Positions 61,838 to 64,000 of a stretch of 64,000 nt of DNA are shown here, piece after piece. The DNA is from Gekko japonicus (Eukaryota), in assembly GCF_001447785.1 (NCBI RefSeq), contig NW_015159713.1:66773-130772 (forward strand). Direction: 5' to 3'. How positions within the stretch are numbered: the stretch's first letter is position 1; every line of letters begins with the position of its first letter. Under the pieces are notes generated by a model, which saw only the letters and a list, made by a program, of their open reading frames with translations, did no database searches and was not told the origin of the DNA. The position numbers and the translations under genes were made by a program.

Positions 61838-63438
61838 CTGTAGATTGACAACCATTCTATCACAAAATTATCATATTGAGATTCCTGTCCTACGTTTCAG
61901 TGGCCCTTGTGCCTTTGAATAAGTCAAAACAGATCTTCCTGGCTAGGACATAAGTTTTGAGGGCAGGCATGAGTCTTTGCTAAGGCAACAGCTTGATTCA
62001 GGCCTTGTATGGTTCTGCCTGGCATTCCTTGTCTTTTCTGCCTGTTCCCCTGTCTCTGCCTGCTTCGGCCTCCTGCAACATTCACACAACATCCCCCTCA
62101 CAGCTTCAGGGATTTGCTTCTTTGGCATCACGCACTGACATTTTGCTGTCTTTGTTTGCAGAACATGAGATTTAAGGAAACTGAAGGTGCAAAGGAACAG
62201 AAGGTTTTTCAGTTCACTTTTATTGGATACTTGTGAGCAGTGAAAATGCCCAGCAATCTGAATGATGTCAGAGCCCTACACACCAATCTGATGAATCTTT
62301 AAATGTAAATTTAGGTGTACACGCGTACCCTTCCACACTTTCACAGATAAGGACACCCCGGTAATGTTCATTTCAAAGTTTATTGCCCAAGCCACACCTC
62401 CAGTTACTCCGTGTTGCCAAGTTCCAGGTGGATCTCCACCTGATCTCCAGATTACAGAGATCCCTGGAGAAAATTGCACCTTTGGAGGGTAGACTCCATG
62501 TCATCGCATCATGCTGAGCTCCCTCTGCAAATTCCAACCTCCCCAAATTCCACCCACAAATCTTCAGCAATTTCCCAAACTGCAGCTGGTAATCCTAATT
62601 CCTTCCTCTCCCAGACTCCCATTCTTTACAGATTGAAAATGAAACTAAGCAGCACATGTTGTTAGAGATATACTTGAATGCCATAATTGTACTACAAGAT
62701 GTTAATACTTCAGATTGTTCACACAGCAGCTACGCTGCATGAAATTACAGATTGTCCATATAAAATGTGTGGGAGTTTTTGTGTGCATCCATTTGTAAAC
62801 ATGTGCACTAGCCAGAAGAGGCACCCATCTCTGTGTCTTCTGGAAATCCTGGAGAGAGAGTTGAACCCTGAAGAACGACAGCTCTACCAACAAGCACTAA
62901 CAAGAAACGTACTGAAAACAGCCCCCACAGCCAAAAAAATAATAATGGACCACTGTATGGCCTAGGGGCATGGGGAAGGTGCTCCCTTGGTACTGGGTAA
63001 CATTTGACTGAACCATAGCTGCTTTATGGCACAGGGGGTGACAGTGGGCAAAGTACCAGTCAGCACAATTCTGTACAGGAAATAAGCTGCCAAAAGATGG
63101 TGGTGACGATCACAACGATGATGATTGAAAAGTACTGGGTTCAAGATGCATAGTCGAGTGATTTCAGCTCATGATATATTAGTAGGCAAAAACTGAGACA
63201 ACCAGTGGAGCCCGGGGCCCTACTTAAATGCCGATACAAGCCACACCCAACAACACACCCCACACCCATGATTGGTTTATTTACAATGTCCTCTTAACCA
63301 TAGGTCCCTTTTTGGATCCATATGGACTGACTGGTCCATTCTCGGATCCTCTGTGTCTATTGTTCTGGTCACGAAGCTTTTCTTGTTCGCTTGACCCCGT
63401 GCAGGCCGGACCACGTGTGTGGTCCCTTTGTTAGTACA

Positions 63439-63461
63439 TGATGATGATGATGATGATGATG
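63439..63461. repeat. (ATG)n microsatellite
   Basis: Seen directly. Confidence 0.95.
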
Positions 63462-64000
63462 AACAACAGTGGTTTGCATCCTAAGACAATGCAATATTCT
63501 TGAAACAAGCTCTTCCTTGGGAAAGGAAAAATGTGCTCACAGAAATTCATTCATGCCTGCCACCTCTGGCCCTGAGGCTCGAGGAGCAGCCAGTCCGATT
63601 GGCCCAGCCCACTCCCTCTGACGGTTGGAGAGCAGTTGTCTGGTTCAACCCCCACTCACCCACTTGGGGGCTCAGGCAGCAGAAGTCCGTGGCTTGGCTG
63701 CTGTGCATATGCCCACTAGCTCTGGCTTAGCCACCTGTCCCCTCTGGAATTCAGGGAGTGGCTGGCTGGCTGGCTCAGCCACTGCCTGTCTCCTCTGGGG
63801 CTTGGGTAGTAATAGCCTGCTGGCTCGGCAGCTGACGCATGCCCCCTCCAGGGCAAAGCAGCTGCTATGTGGACCTGCCTTATATGAGGCGAAGGCTGCC
63901 CCTTGCTTGAGCCTGGCGTGGCTCAGGCAGGGTAGGGATGGGCCCCAGTTCAGGGTGGTAGTGACAGTGACTCTGGGGCTGCATTCTGTACTTTTGCCAC

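Overview
Repeat-rich vertebrate genomic DNA from a squamate reptile, most likely a gecko. This is inferred from BovB and Sauria SINE, abundant Squam3-like CORE SINEs and TAGGGTTGCC-ended MITEs. The assembly is gapped, with three N runs. No intact host protein-coding gene could be identified, and almost all ORFs in the track are transposon remnants or noise. Best-supported structures: (1) a ~7 kb full-length but decayed hAT transposon (32358-39333, exact 8-bp TSD GTGTATGA) with nested Penelope pieces carrying hammerhead-ribozyme motifs; (2) a non-autonomous Helitron (12434-13656); (3) a young Ty3/Gypsy LTR plus gag in which an in-frame deletion fuses the capsid start to the zinc knuckle; (4) an ORF2-less HAL1-like L1 derivative; (5) a CR1 with an apparently identical 574-bp duplication around a transposon end; (6) many MITEs, SINEs and LINE fragments. 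More tentatively, unique sequence between the repeats contains minus-strand exon-like segments with compatible phases and a few stop codons, which may be an unidentified multi-exon pseudogene spanning the window. Family names come from recalled motifs, not database searches, and boundaries without TSD support are approximate.
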